Below are positions 38,850 through 46,633 of a DNA stretch of 46,633 bases, one piece after another. Origin of the DNA: Polyangiales bacterium (GTDB lineage: Bacteria; Myxococcota_A; Polyangia; Polyangiales; Houyiibacteriaceae). The position numbers were made by a program, and so were the translations under genes. The DNA is taken from positions 1 to 46,633 of the forward strand of contig JBGCFM010000131.1 in the NCBI GenBank assembly GCA_045106895.1. Direction: 5' to 3'. A model generated the notes under the pieces. The model saw only the letters and a list, made by a program, of their open reading frames with translations. It was not told where the DNA came from and searched no databases. Position 1 is the stretch's first letter, and each line of letters opens with the position of its first letter.

Positions 38850-40214
38850 ATGAGCCGCCTCGCCGTCGTCCGTGCGTACGCCCGCGCTTCTGTTCAGGCA
38901 AAGTCCGCGCAGCGGCGAGGTCGTCCTGCGCTCTTGCGATGGCAAGACACGCAGGTGCGCCGAGCCATGGCCGAACTCCTCCCGCGCTCCCCCTTCTATC
39001 GCGCCCACTACGAAGGTCACAGCGTCGCGGACTGGCGAACGCTTCCCACCATCGACAAGTCCATCATGATGGCGAACTTCGATGGTCTTAACACCGTCGG
39101 CGTAGCCCTCGACGAAGCCATAGCCGTCGCGATGAAGGCCGAAACCACCCGCGACTTCTCGCCAAACATCACCGGCTCGGGCGGCGTCGACGTCACCGTT
39201 GGCCTCTCGTCTGGAACCTCCGGGAATCGCTCGCTCTTCTTGGCTTCGGCGGAAGATCGCGCCACCTGGGCCGGCACCATCCTGAGCAAACTCTTGCCCG
39301 GCGGTCTCCTCTCCACACGCAAAGACCGCGTGGCGTTCTTCTTGCGCGCCAACAGCACGCTCTACGAGAGTGTCCGCTCCGCGCGCCTCGCGTTTCATTT
39401 CTTCGACCTCTTCGATGAACTCAGCGAGCACGTCTACCGGTTGAACGCCGTGCAGCCCACGGTGCTCATCGCGCCGCCTTCGATGTTGCGGCTCCTCGCG
39501 AAAGCGCTGAGCGATGGGCACCTCAAGATTCAGCCAGAGCGCGTCATCTCCGTCGCCGAAGTCCTCGAGCCCATCGACGAACGCTTCATTCGCCAGCACT
39601 TCCGCCAGACCGTCCACCAGGTCTACCAAGCCACCGAAGGCTTCCTGGGACACTCCTGCGTCTATGGAACCGTACACCTCGCGGAGGATGCGGTGGTGAT
39701 CCAGCGCGAGCCTATCGCCGGCAGCCATGGCGACACCCCGCGCCGTTTCACGCCCATCATCACGGACTTTCGCCGGCGCACGCAGCCCATTTTTCGTTAC
39801 CGGCTCAATGACATCCTCGTCGAGCGGGAGATCCCCTGCCGCTGCGGCTCTCCTTTCATTGGACTTGAGGCCATCGAAGGGCGCGCCGACGACGTGTTCT
39901 ATCTGAAGCGCTCCTCAGGCAGCTCCGACTTCCGCGCCGTCTTCCCTGACTTCATCCGGCGCGCGCTCCTCTACGCGTCGCCGGACATCGAAGAATACGG
40001 CGTCCGGCAGACTCAGCTCGACGAGCTCGAAGTCTTCGTCTCAAGCGCCACTGGCGAATCTCTGCAGCCTGACGTCACAGCGCAGTTTCGTGTCCTCGCG
40101 GAGAAGCTCGACTGCGCGATGCCAGCCCTTCGCTTCGTCGACGCGTGGGTGCAGCCACGCGGCGCCAAGCTCAAGCGAGTGGAACGCACCTGTGCCGCGC
40201 CGGAGTCCTCATGA
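38850..40214 (+). CDS. Adenylate-forming enzyme, coenzyme F390 synthetase/PaaK-related (TIGR02304-like)
   Basis: 'GLSSGTSGNR', 'FFLRANSTLY', 'ISVAEVLEP', 'HQVYQATEGFLG', 'RYRLNDIL', 'IEGRADD', 'KLKRVER'. Confidence 0.9.
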   Translation: MSRLAVVRAYARASVQAKSAQRRGRPALLRWQDTQVRRAMAELLPRSPFYRAHYEGHSVADWRTLPTIDKSIMMANFDGLNTVGVALDEAIAVAMKAETTRDFSPNITGSGGVDVTVGLSSGTSGNRSLFLASAEDRATWAGTILSKLLPGGLLSTRKDRVAFFLRANSTLYESVRSARLAFHFFDLFDELSEHVYRLNAVQPTVLIAPPSMLRLLAKALSDGHLKIQPERVISVAEVLEPIDERFIRQHFRQTVHQVYQATEGFLGHSCVYGTVHLAEDAVVIQREPIAGSHGDTPRRFTPIITDFRRRTQPIFRYRLNDILVEREIPCRCGSPFIGLEAIEGRADDVFYLKRSSGSSDFRAVFPDFIRRALLYASPDIEEYGVRQTQLDELEVFVSSATGESLQPDVTAQFRVLAEKLDCAMPALRFVDAWVQPRGAKLKRVERTCAAPESS

Positions 40215-41377
40215 GCAAAGCGTCAAAAGGCGAAGCCGAACTCTTCCTCGGCGCAGGCGCATCGATCCCGTGGCCAAAAACAAAGTCCGGCCAGTTCCTG
40301 AAGCGCTACTTCACGCCCTTCCTCGAAGACGGCGCTACGCCTTGGATCACCAACGCCGAAGCCACCCTCGGAGTCGCCGTCGCCGGGGACGTCGCCCTGC
40401 CCTTCAGCGTCAGCCTCAAGTCATCCCCTACGCAGAGTCCAGCGAGCTACGTCGTCTCACCGACCAGCCACTACGTGCGCTACTCCGCCGAAGAGATCCA
40501 CAAGATCGACAGCCCCTCCCAGCGGACTCTCCTCCGCGCCGCCGTCTCCCCGCTCTCGGCCTTCTGCGAGTACGGCCGCCTCGACGAGGTCGTCTACGTC
40601 AACAACTGGCTCCTCTCGACGAACCTCTACCCAGACATGGAGTGGCACCAGCTCGTCGCCATCCTCGAAGCGCTTCGCAAAGCCTACCCCACGCTTCCCA
40701 TCGTCTTTCGCTCCATCGATCTCGCGACGCGAGGCGAGCTTCATGGCTGGCTCAAGGGACTCGGCGCACGCATGGTCTTCAGCCGCCGCGTCAACATCGT
40801 CCACGCCGGAGATTCCGAGGTCGCGCGTAAACCCGACGTCAAAAAAGACCGCAAGCTCCTCAAGAAGACCAGCTACACGCTCCTGGAATCCGGCGACCTG
40901 AAACCCGAGCACTTCCCCCGCATCGAAGAGCTCTACAACCTGCTCTACTTAGAGAAGTACTCCGCCCTCAACCCCGCCTTCACCGCGCGCTTCCTCCAGC
41001 GCATGCACGACGACAAAGTCTGGCGCTTCGCCGCCTTCGAAAAGAACGGACGCATCGACTCCGTCACCGCCACTTTCTCAGTCGACGGCGTCATGACCTC
41101 GCCGCTGGTGGGTTACGACACCAGCCTCCCGCGCAAGCTCGGCCTCTACCGCCTCGCCTACATGATCGCCCTTGAGCATGGCCTGCAGGCAGGCGACGTC
41201 ATCAACTCCAGCGCCGGCGTCGCACACTTCAAGACGCGACGCGGCACGCGCCCCTACCGCGAGTACAACGCCGTCTTCGATTCACACGTATCGCCGCGGC
41301 GAAGGCGTCCGTGGAAGCTCATTCAAGCCATCGTGGATGGCGCCGCAGCGCCGCTCATCGAGCACTACGACCTGTGA
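40211..41377 (+). CDS. Conserved hypothetical protein, probable GNAT/Fem-like fold
   Basis: ATGA overlap with the previous gene; 'VNNWLLSTNLYP', 'LYLEKYSALNPAFT', 'PLVGYDTSLP..LGLYRL', 'SAGVAHFK.RRG'. Confidence 0.78.
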   Translation: MSKASKGEAELFLGAGASIPWPKTKSGQFLKRYFTPFLEDGATPWITNAEATLGVAVAGDVALPFSVSLKSSPTQSPASYVVSPTSHYVRYSAEEIHKIDSPSQRTLLRAAVSPLSAFCEYGRLDEVVYVNNWLLSTNLYPDMEWHQLVAILEALRKAYPTLPIVFRSIDLATRGELHGWLKGLGARMVFSRRVNIVHAGDSEVARKPDVKKDRKLLKKTSYTLLESGDLKPEHFPRIEELYNLLYLEKYSALNPAFTARFLQRMHDDKVWRFAAFEKNGRIDSVTATFSVDGVMTSPLVGYDTSLPRKLGLYRLAYMIALEHGLQAGDVINSSAGVAHFKTRRGTRPYREYNAVFDSHVSPRRRRPWKLIQAIVDGAAAPLIEHYDL

Positions 41378-41559
41378 ACTCAAGTTCGCCGCCGAGTAAG
41401 GATGCGGACCTCACCGCTTGGGCCCGCCGATGCACCGATGCGTTTGCTTGAGCGGCCTTAAGCGGCTGAACAGGCTTGTTTGAGTCCGATTGGCTTGCTC
41501 GACTCGTCGCCGCGGCGAATCCCTCGCGCCTTCTTGCGTTCACGCGTAGTCTTCGCCGG

Positions 41560-42369
41560 ATGAGAGGACGCATTCGAGCGGCTGGCCGAGTGACCGGCGG
41601 GACACTCTCCCTTGGCGCTCGCCTGACGGAACGCGCGGCTTCCGGGCAAAGTGCCCTCGACGAGATTTCAGTTTCGCTCCTGCTCTCGACGCTAAAGACA
41701 GTCGTTGTCCTTCTGGGCGTATTCGCGACGGCGGACGTGCTCCCGGTTCCTTATCGCACCGTCTTCGCGGGTCTCGGGATCGGTGGTCTTGCCTTCGCCA
41801 TCGCGGCGCAAGATACCATCGCCAACTCCTTCGGCTCAGCGGTTCTCCTTGCAGACCGCCCCTTCCGGCGCGGTGATCACATCATCGCTGGAGACCTCGA
41901 AGGCTTCGTCGAACATCTTGGCCTTCGCTCTACGCGACTACGCACCTTCGACGACTCGATCGTGATCGTTCCGAACCGAGAGCTTGCCAAGAGCGCCATC
42001 GACAACCGAAGCGCACGACGCGAACGCCGCTTCGAATTTGTCCTCAGCGTTGAGTACGACACGAGCGGTCCTCGGCTTGTCGCGCTTACCGAAGCGTTAC
42101 GCACATCACTCGCAGAGTTTGCCCCAGACGAGGTTCGCGTGGGCGTCGACGCGCTCGGTGATTCCGCCATCGAGATCCGAGTGACTCTCGGTGTGGAGGC
42201 CGAGACCTACTCGGACGAAGTCGCTGCTCGTCAGACCGTTCTCCTCCACGCTCTCAACCTCTGCGAAGAGCATAACGTCGGGATCGCGTTCCCAACACGA
42301 ACTCTCCACGTCGCGAATCTGTCGAGCGTAGATGCTATGACCTCGTCGCTGCCCAGCGAAGAAGAATAG
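41560..42369 (+). CDS. MscS-family small mechanosensitive channel (N-terminus uncertain, possibly truncated)
   Basis: 'AGLGIGGLAFAIAAQDTIAN.FGS..LLADRPFRRGD', 'GLRSTRLRT', 'VPN', 'IAFPTRTLH'. Confidence 0.82.
   Translation: MRGRIRAAGRVTGGTLSLGARLTERAASGQSALDEISVSLLLSTLKTVVVLLGVFATADVLPVPYRTVFAGLGIGGLAFAIAAQDTIANSFGSAVLLADRPFRRGDHIIAGDLEGFVEHLGLRSTRLRTFDDSIVIVPNRELAKSAIDNRSARRERRFEFVLSVEYDTSGPRLVALTEALRTSLAEFAPDEVRVGVDALGDSAIEIRVTLGVEAETYSDEVAARQTVLLHALNLCEEHNVGIAFPTRTLHVANLSSVDAMTSSLPSEEE
42093..42130 (+). repeat. 38-bp direct repeat, copy 1 (inside mscS-like gene)
   Basis: AGCGTTACGCACATCACTCGCAGAGTTTGCCCCAGACG; 36/38 identical to 43623-43660. Confidence 0.85.
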
Positions 42370-42559
42370 CGCTTCACCCTAGCGTGGAAGTTCGCTGCCG
42401 AGTCGTTCCGGCGTGTACAGCCACTTTGGAAGGGCGTGCTGCTGGCCCTCATCGCCTTCGTGCTTATGGAAGTCGGTGCGCGGGAAGCGCTTCATTCCAA
42501 TACTTCCGGTTTTGGCGGGAAGCCTAGTCAGCCGCCCGAGAAACTGGTTCGATAGCGCC

Positions 42560-43447
42560 ATGAGCGACTTCGATTGGGACGTGGTGACCCCGCCCGACAT
42601 CAGCAACAGCATCATGGAGGTCGCGATCTGCGGCGGCGCGCTCGTGATCGCAACGAATGAGGGGATGTTGCGCACCGAAGACTCGGGAGCGAGCTGGAGC
42701 GCCTGTGAAACCGAAGGCCCCGGCGGCTGGGTGTTCGACGCGCGCGGCGACGCCGAGGGCACCGCGTACTTCGTTGGAGACCAAGGCCGCGTCTGGCACT
42801 CGAAGGACGGCGGCCACACGTTTGCGCGTTGCGACGTGCCGAAGAAGTGGCAACTGAAGGGGGTCGTGTTCGAGGGGGATCGTGTCTGGCTCGCGAGCGC
42901 CCAATCGGGCCTCTGGTACTCCGACAGCGGCACTGAGGCTTGGATTCAGCAGACGTCGCCGAGTCCGGTGGGCGTGATCTACTCGGGCATCTGCCGCGAC
43001 GACGACGGGACCCTCTTCGCCGCGGGGACCGACGGGACAGTCATCCGTTCCGTCGATGGAGAGAACTGGGAGCTCGTGCGACAGAAGGGGAAGAAGTTTT
43101 TGTACGGAATCGCCCGGACATCCGCGCTCATGGTCGCTCCGGCGGACAAAGGCTCGGTGTTCGTTTCGACGGATGGAGGATCGTCGTTTTCGATCAAGCG
43201 CACCGAGACGCAGGCGTATTTCTACGCGGGTGCGGTAGCAGCCGACACACGGGTGTGGATCGCCGGAACTGGATTTGGAGGGCCCGATCTGCTCTCCACC
43301 GACGATGGCAAGAAGTGGATGGGGCACAAGCTCCCAAGTGGCGGGAACGTGCTGGGGCTGTGCAGCCCGTCGGATAACGAGATCTGGGTTGCCGCAGGCT
43401 CGGCGCTCCTCCGAGGACGCCGAACGGGACACGGCTTCGCCACGTAG
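42560..43447 (+). CDS. Ycf48/BNR-like beta-propeller protein
   Basis: Repeated Asp-box motifs: TEDSGASW, SKDGGHTF, SVDGENW, STDGGSSF, TDDGKKW. Confidence 0.82.
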   Translation: MSDFDWDVVTPPDISNSIMEVAICGGALVIATNEGMLRTEDSGASWSACETEGPGGWVFDARGDAEGTAYFVGDQGRVWHSKDGGHTFARCDVPKKWQLKGVVFEGDRVWLASAQSGLWYSDSGTEAWIQQTSPSPVGVIYSGICRDDDGTLFAAGTDGTVIRSVDGENWELVRQKGKKFLYGIARTSALMVAPADKGSVFVSTDGGSSFSIKRTETQAYFYAGAVAADTRVWIAGTGFGGPDLLSTDDGKKWMGHKLPSGGNVLGLCSPSDNEIWVAAGSALLRGRRTGHGFAT

Positions 43448-43487
43448 AACTGACCGCATCGGGCAGCGTACTCCGTAAAAGCACGTG

Positions 43488-44156
43488 CTATGGGCCGCGC
43501 ATGCGCCAGGGCCGCATCGCTTCCTCGTCGCCGTTCAGCTGCTCGGCCCGGCGGTGGGCTGCAAGACCGCCAAGCTCGTGCATCCTCTTCGCCTCGTACA
43601 AGGACGCTGTCTTTTTCGCAGCAGCGTTGCGCACATCACTCGCAGAGTTTGCCCGAGACGCGCCGAGGCGAGGAAACGCGAGGTGCGTCTTTCGGTTCCC
43701 AAACATCGCCCTTGTGCTCATCCGGCTCTTTCGAAGCTGCCGGCAACGGGTCAGCTCGTAGGGGAGCCAATGAAGTGAATACGAGGTGTAGATATCGAGT
43801 TCACGGAGCGAGTGCATTCGGCCGATCTCTGGAGGGATCCGCCTAAGATGGCTTCTATAGAGTCGAAGCGCTTTGACAGTCGTAAGAGACTCAATGCTGG
43901 ACGGCAGCGTGATGACATCTATCCATTCCTCATACGGGATCGACGATGGCTCCAGAACCTCGGCGCCACTCTCCGCAAGGGTTGCCATCCACGAGAGCGT
44001 CTTCTGCCACCCCGGAACGTTGTCGTTCTGCGACTCGCTGTGCAGCACGGGGTCCGCCTTCGAACACCCGCAGTGCTCGCGGCGCGTGATACGAGCGATG
44101 GCCTTCTTGGTAGGCGCGTCGATGGAGAACCGCTTGGGCTTCTCTTGGTCTCCCAT
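43488..44156 (-). CDS. Leucine-rich-repeat protein, probably C-terminally disrupted
   Basis: 'TLPSSIESLTTVKALRLY.SHLRRIPPEIGRMHSLRELDIYTSYSLHWLPYELTRC'. Sequence after FPRLG derives from the duplicated 38-mer. Confidence 0.65.
   Translation of the reverse strand: MGDQEKPKRFSIDAPTKKAIARITRREHCGCSKADPVLHSESQNDNVPGWQKTLSWMATLAESGAEVLEPSSIPYEEWIDVITLPSSIESLTTVKALRLYRSHLRRIPPEIGRMHSLRELDIYTSYSLHWLPYELTRCRQLRKSRMSTRAMFGNRKTHLAFPRLGASRANSASDVRNAAAKKTASLYEAKRMHELGGLAAHRRAEQLNGDEEAMRPWRMRGP
43623..43660 (+). repeat. 38-bp direct repeat, copy 2
   Basis: AGCGTTGCGCACATCACTCGCAGAGTTTGCCCGAGACG. Confidence 0.85.
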
Positions 44157-44291
44157 AGAGCGAGCTTACATGGTGACCATTTGTCTGTCCTGCGCCCGGA
44201 GATACGCCGACGTCCAGTTGGAGCACGCAAGCGACATGCATCCGCGCATTTGCCGTCAGCTCATGTTCCGCGATTCGCTGTAGGTTGGGTC

Positions 44292-45923
44292 ATGCGAGAT
44301 CTGTCTGCCCGAGTCTGCCTTTTAATCCTCTTCACTCTCGCGTTGGGGTGCGGCGACGATTCCTCGGCTCTCGACGCTGCTCCGCCGGACGCTCTTGGCA
44401 TGGACACGGGGAGCGACGGATCCGTGTCTGACAGCGCCACGTCTGATGGCGCCATGTCCGATGGCGCCGTGACTGATGGCGCCATGCCCGACGGCAACGT
44501 GTCCGACGGCGCAATTCCGCTGGTGCTCAAGGCATTCCCGTCCGCCGAAGGGGCAGGCGCCAACACAACCGGCGGCCGCGGTGGTGTGGTCGTTCATGTG
44601 ACAAACCTTGACGACAACGGCGAGGGAAGCCTTCGATGGGCGATCACTCAGCCCGACCTAACGACTCCTCGAACCATCGTCTTCGATGTGAGCGGGACCA
44701 TCGTCATGAACCGTTGGCTCGACATCGGACGCGTGCGGAATCTAACCATCGCGGGGCAAACGGCACCTGAAGGAGGCATCACAGTACAGACCCCCGCCTT
44801 CTACTTGGACAGGAGCGACAACATCATTATTCGGTACATTCGTTTCGTAAACACGTCCTACTTTCACTCCCAGATCTCTACGCACGACAATGCGTCAGCC
44901 TTTGGATCCAGCGGCACGAACAACCTCATTCTGGACCACTGCTCTATGCGCTACGCATGGAACACCGTCTGCGCCGGGTTTCAAGACGCCAACGAGACCA
45001 CCGACGGCCAGGGGAACGTCACTCTCCAGCGGAGCATTCTCGGGGACTGCGCCACCGGCGCTCTCTTCGGCGCGATCGTCGCCGACCCGCGAAACGAGTT
45101 GGCCGGCTCGAACAGCATTCATCACAACCTATTTGCACATATTTCCCATCGCTTTCCGAACATCGCGGGGAACGCTCAAGCGGAAATCGTAGAGAACGTG
45201 GCTTATAACTACCGAGCGCGATTGAACACATTCTTCAACGACAGCGAATCGAACTTCGTCAACAACACGTTCAGAGCTGGACCCACGAGCCTCTTCGGTC
45301 ACCGGCGAAACAAGATCGGGGACTACGTCGATACGGCCAACGGCTTCGACACTCCGAGGGTGTTCATGTCTGGGAATCGCATCGATGAACCTGGGGATGA
45401 ATTTGACCACTTACCAAGCGCGACGGACATGGCCGGACTCTTTGTGATTTGGCTCGACACCTCAGGTGGCGATGAGACCGAGGTGGATGCGGCGAGTGAA
45501 GCTCGGTTTCGGGCTCTGGCTCCTTTCGCCCCGTTGGGCATTCCGATCACGGAGCTGGGCACCGACGCGGCGTACGAAGATGTGCTCAGCGACGTTGGTG
45601 CAAATGCGTACCTGAACGCAGATGGAACGACGGGTCGATACCTGGACGTCATGGACAACCACTACATCGACGACACACGGAATGGCACGCTCTGGTCCGG
45701 TGGAACGGGGCACGTGAATAAGACAGACGCGAGCGCGTTGATCTATCCAGAGCTGCCAACGAATACGCGACCCGCGGACTACGACACAGACTTGGACGGA
45801 ATCCCAAACGCCGTGGAGGATGCCACGGAGGGCTTGGACAGCAGCGATGGTGCGGACGGTGCATTGCTCCACGAAAGCGGCTACTCCAACCTGGAATTCT
45901 TCTTTCTGAACAACGTGGATTGA
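44292..45923 (+). CDS. Pectate lyase-like (PL1) beta-helix lipoprotein
   Basis: Lipobox LALGC-GDD; 'AFPSAEGAGANTTGGRGG.VVHVTNLDDNGEGSLRWAI..PRTIVFDVSGTI', 'TIAGQTAP', 'IIRYIR', 'DHCS', 'HHNLFAH..HRFP', 'DTDLDGIPN..E'. Confidence 0.85.
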   Translation: MRDLSARVCLLILFTLALGCGDDSSALDAAPPDALGMDTGSDGSVSDSATSDGAMSDGAVTDGAMPDGNVSDGAIPLVLKAFPSAEGAGANTTGGRGGVVVHVTNLDDNGEGSLRWAITQPDLTTPRTIVFDVSGTIVMNRWLDIGRVRNLTIAGQTAPEGGITVQTPAFYLDRSDNIIIRYIRFVNTSYFHSQISTHDNASAFGSSGTNNLILDHCSMRYAWNTVCAGFQDANETTDGQGNVTLQRSILGDCATGALFGAIVADPRNELAGSNSIHHNLFAHISHRFPNIAGNAQAEIVENVAYNYRARLNTFFNDSESNFVNNTFRAGPTSLFGHRRNKIGDYVDTANGFDTPRVFMSGNRIDEPGDEFDHLPSATDMAGLFVIWLDTSGGDETEVDAASEARFRALAPFAPLGIPITELGTDAAYEDVLSDVGANAYLNADGTTGRYLDVMDNHYIDDTRNGTLWSGGTGHVNKTDASALIYPELPTNTRPADYDTDLDGIPNAVEDATEGLDSSDGADGALLHESGYSNLEFFFLNNVD

Positions 45924-45986
45924 ACGCTCTTGTTCTCCCCTCGACAGCTTGCCTAACTAGAGGCCAGTTCGCGCAGCAGTTGGCCG

Positions 45987-46633
45987 CTATGAGCGGACGA
46001 TCGGCCCGGGGTCCCGACTCAGATTCTGATGGACCGACCGGACGACGCTTGACCCTTCACCAACGGCGGCGGCCACTCGCTTCATCGATCCGACGCGAAC
46101 GTCACCGGCGGCAAAGACTCCTGGAAAGGATGTCTCAAAGGGGAGTGGGTAGCTGCCGTCAGTAGTGTTGCGATCTGTGAGAATGAACCCTTTAGCATCG
46201 AGTTGCACTTCGTTTGGGAGCCAGCTCGTGTTGGGTTGAGCCCCGATGAATGAGAATAGACCCACGCATGGCTTGCGCTGAACGGAACCGTCGGAGCCTT
46301 TAAGCTCGATGTGTTCGAGGTGTATGTCGCCAAAGACGCCAACGACGTTGGTGCCCGTCGCGATCTCGATGTTCGGCGCCGCTTCGATTCTCGACACGAG
46401 GTAGCGGGACATCTTCGTGCCAAGGTCGTCACCGCGGATGGCAATGCGCACGTGCGACCCATGCTGGGCCATGTAGATCGCTGCCTGGCCAGCAGAGTTA
46501 CCGCCACCCACAACGGTCACGGGGTTGTTGTTACACACGTTGGCTTCCATCTCCGTGGCAGCGTAGTAGACCCCCGCACCTTCGAAGCGTTCAAGGTCGT
46601 CAATGGGAAGGCGGCGATACTGAACGCCCATGG
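45987..46633 (-). CDS. Thioredoxin reductase-like FAD-dependent oxidoreductase, C-terminal part (5' end outside window)
   Basis: 'GVYYAAT..EA', 'VVGGGNSAGQAA', 'MSRYL', 'ETSFPGVFAAGDVR.GS.KRVAAAVGEGS'. Confidence 0.9.
   Translation of the reverse strand, partial: MGVQYRRLPIDDLERFEGAGVYYAATEMEANVCNNNPVTVVGGGNSAGQAAIYMAQHGSHVRIAIRGDDLGTKMSRYLVSRIEAAPNIEIATGTNVVGVFGDIHLEHIELKGSDGSVQRKPCVGLFSFIGAQPNTSWLPNEVQLDAKGFILTDRNTTDGSYPLPFETSFPGVFAAGDVRVGSMKRVAAAVGEGSSVVRSVHQNLSRDPGPIVRS

Noticed and set aside
42370..42559. Hydrophobic fragment 'PLWKGVLLALIAFVLMEVG' in the intergenic region
   Set aside because: Could be a membrane-gene remnant, but it is too short to assign.

Overview
High-GC bacterial DNA with a Myxococcota-like (Polyangiales/Sandaracinaceae-like) gene repertoire; the taxonomy is inferred from gene content: Ser/Thr kinases, PEGA/TPR proteins and lipoproteins with D/G/A-rich linkers. 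The window opens at the edge of an integrative element. The last 32 codons of a probable tyrosine integrase point at the 3' end of an intact tRNA-Gly(GCC), with arm-type repeats, an IHF consensus and a terminator between them. Next come a LolC/E-like permease, a kinase-HDOD fusion, two MITE-like palindromic elements, a TNFR-like Cys-rich lipoprotein and kinase/TPR/PEGA signalling modules. A chemosensory cassette (5xPAS soluble MCP, CheR, CheD, triple CheW) lacks CheA, CheB and CheY. Further on are a sigma-54 response regulator, a DUF4132 protein, a decayed nucleotidyltransferase toxin-antitoxin remnant, an RNB nuclease, crcB and gnd. The best candidate for an undescribed system is a tightly coupled 7-gene biosynthetic operon of unknown product at 34099-41377 (GATase, FabH/OleA-like, ATP-grasp, OleD-like SDR, MBL hydrolase, adenylate-forming enzyme, GNAT-like). 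The last 5 kb is a mosaic: MscS, a beta-propeller, a truncated LRR gene with a rearrangement scar, a PL1-like lyase and a partial TrxB-like gene. All family calls come from motif recognition by eye; no searches were run.
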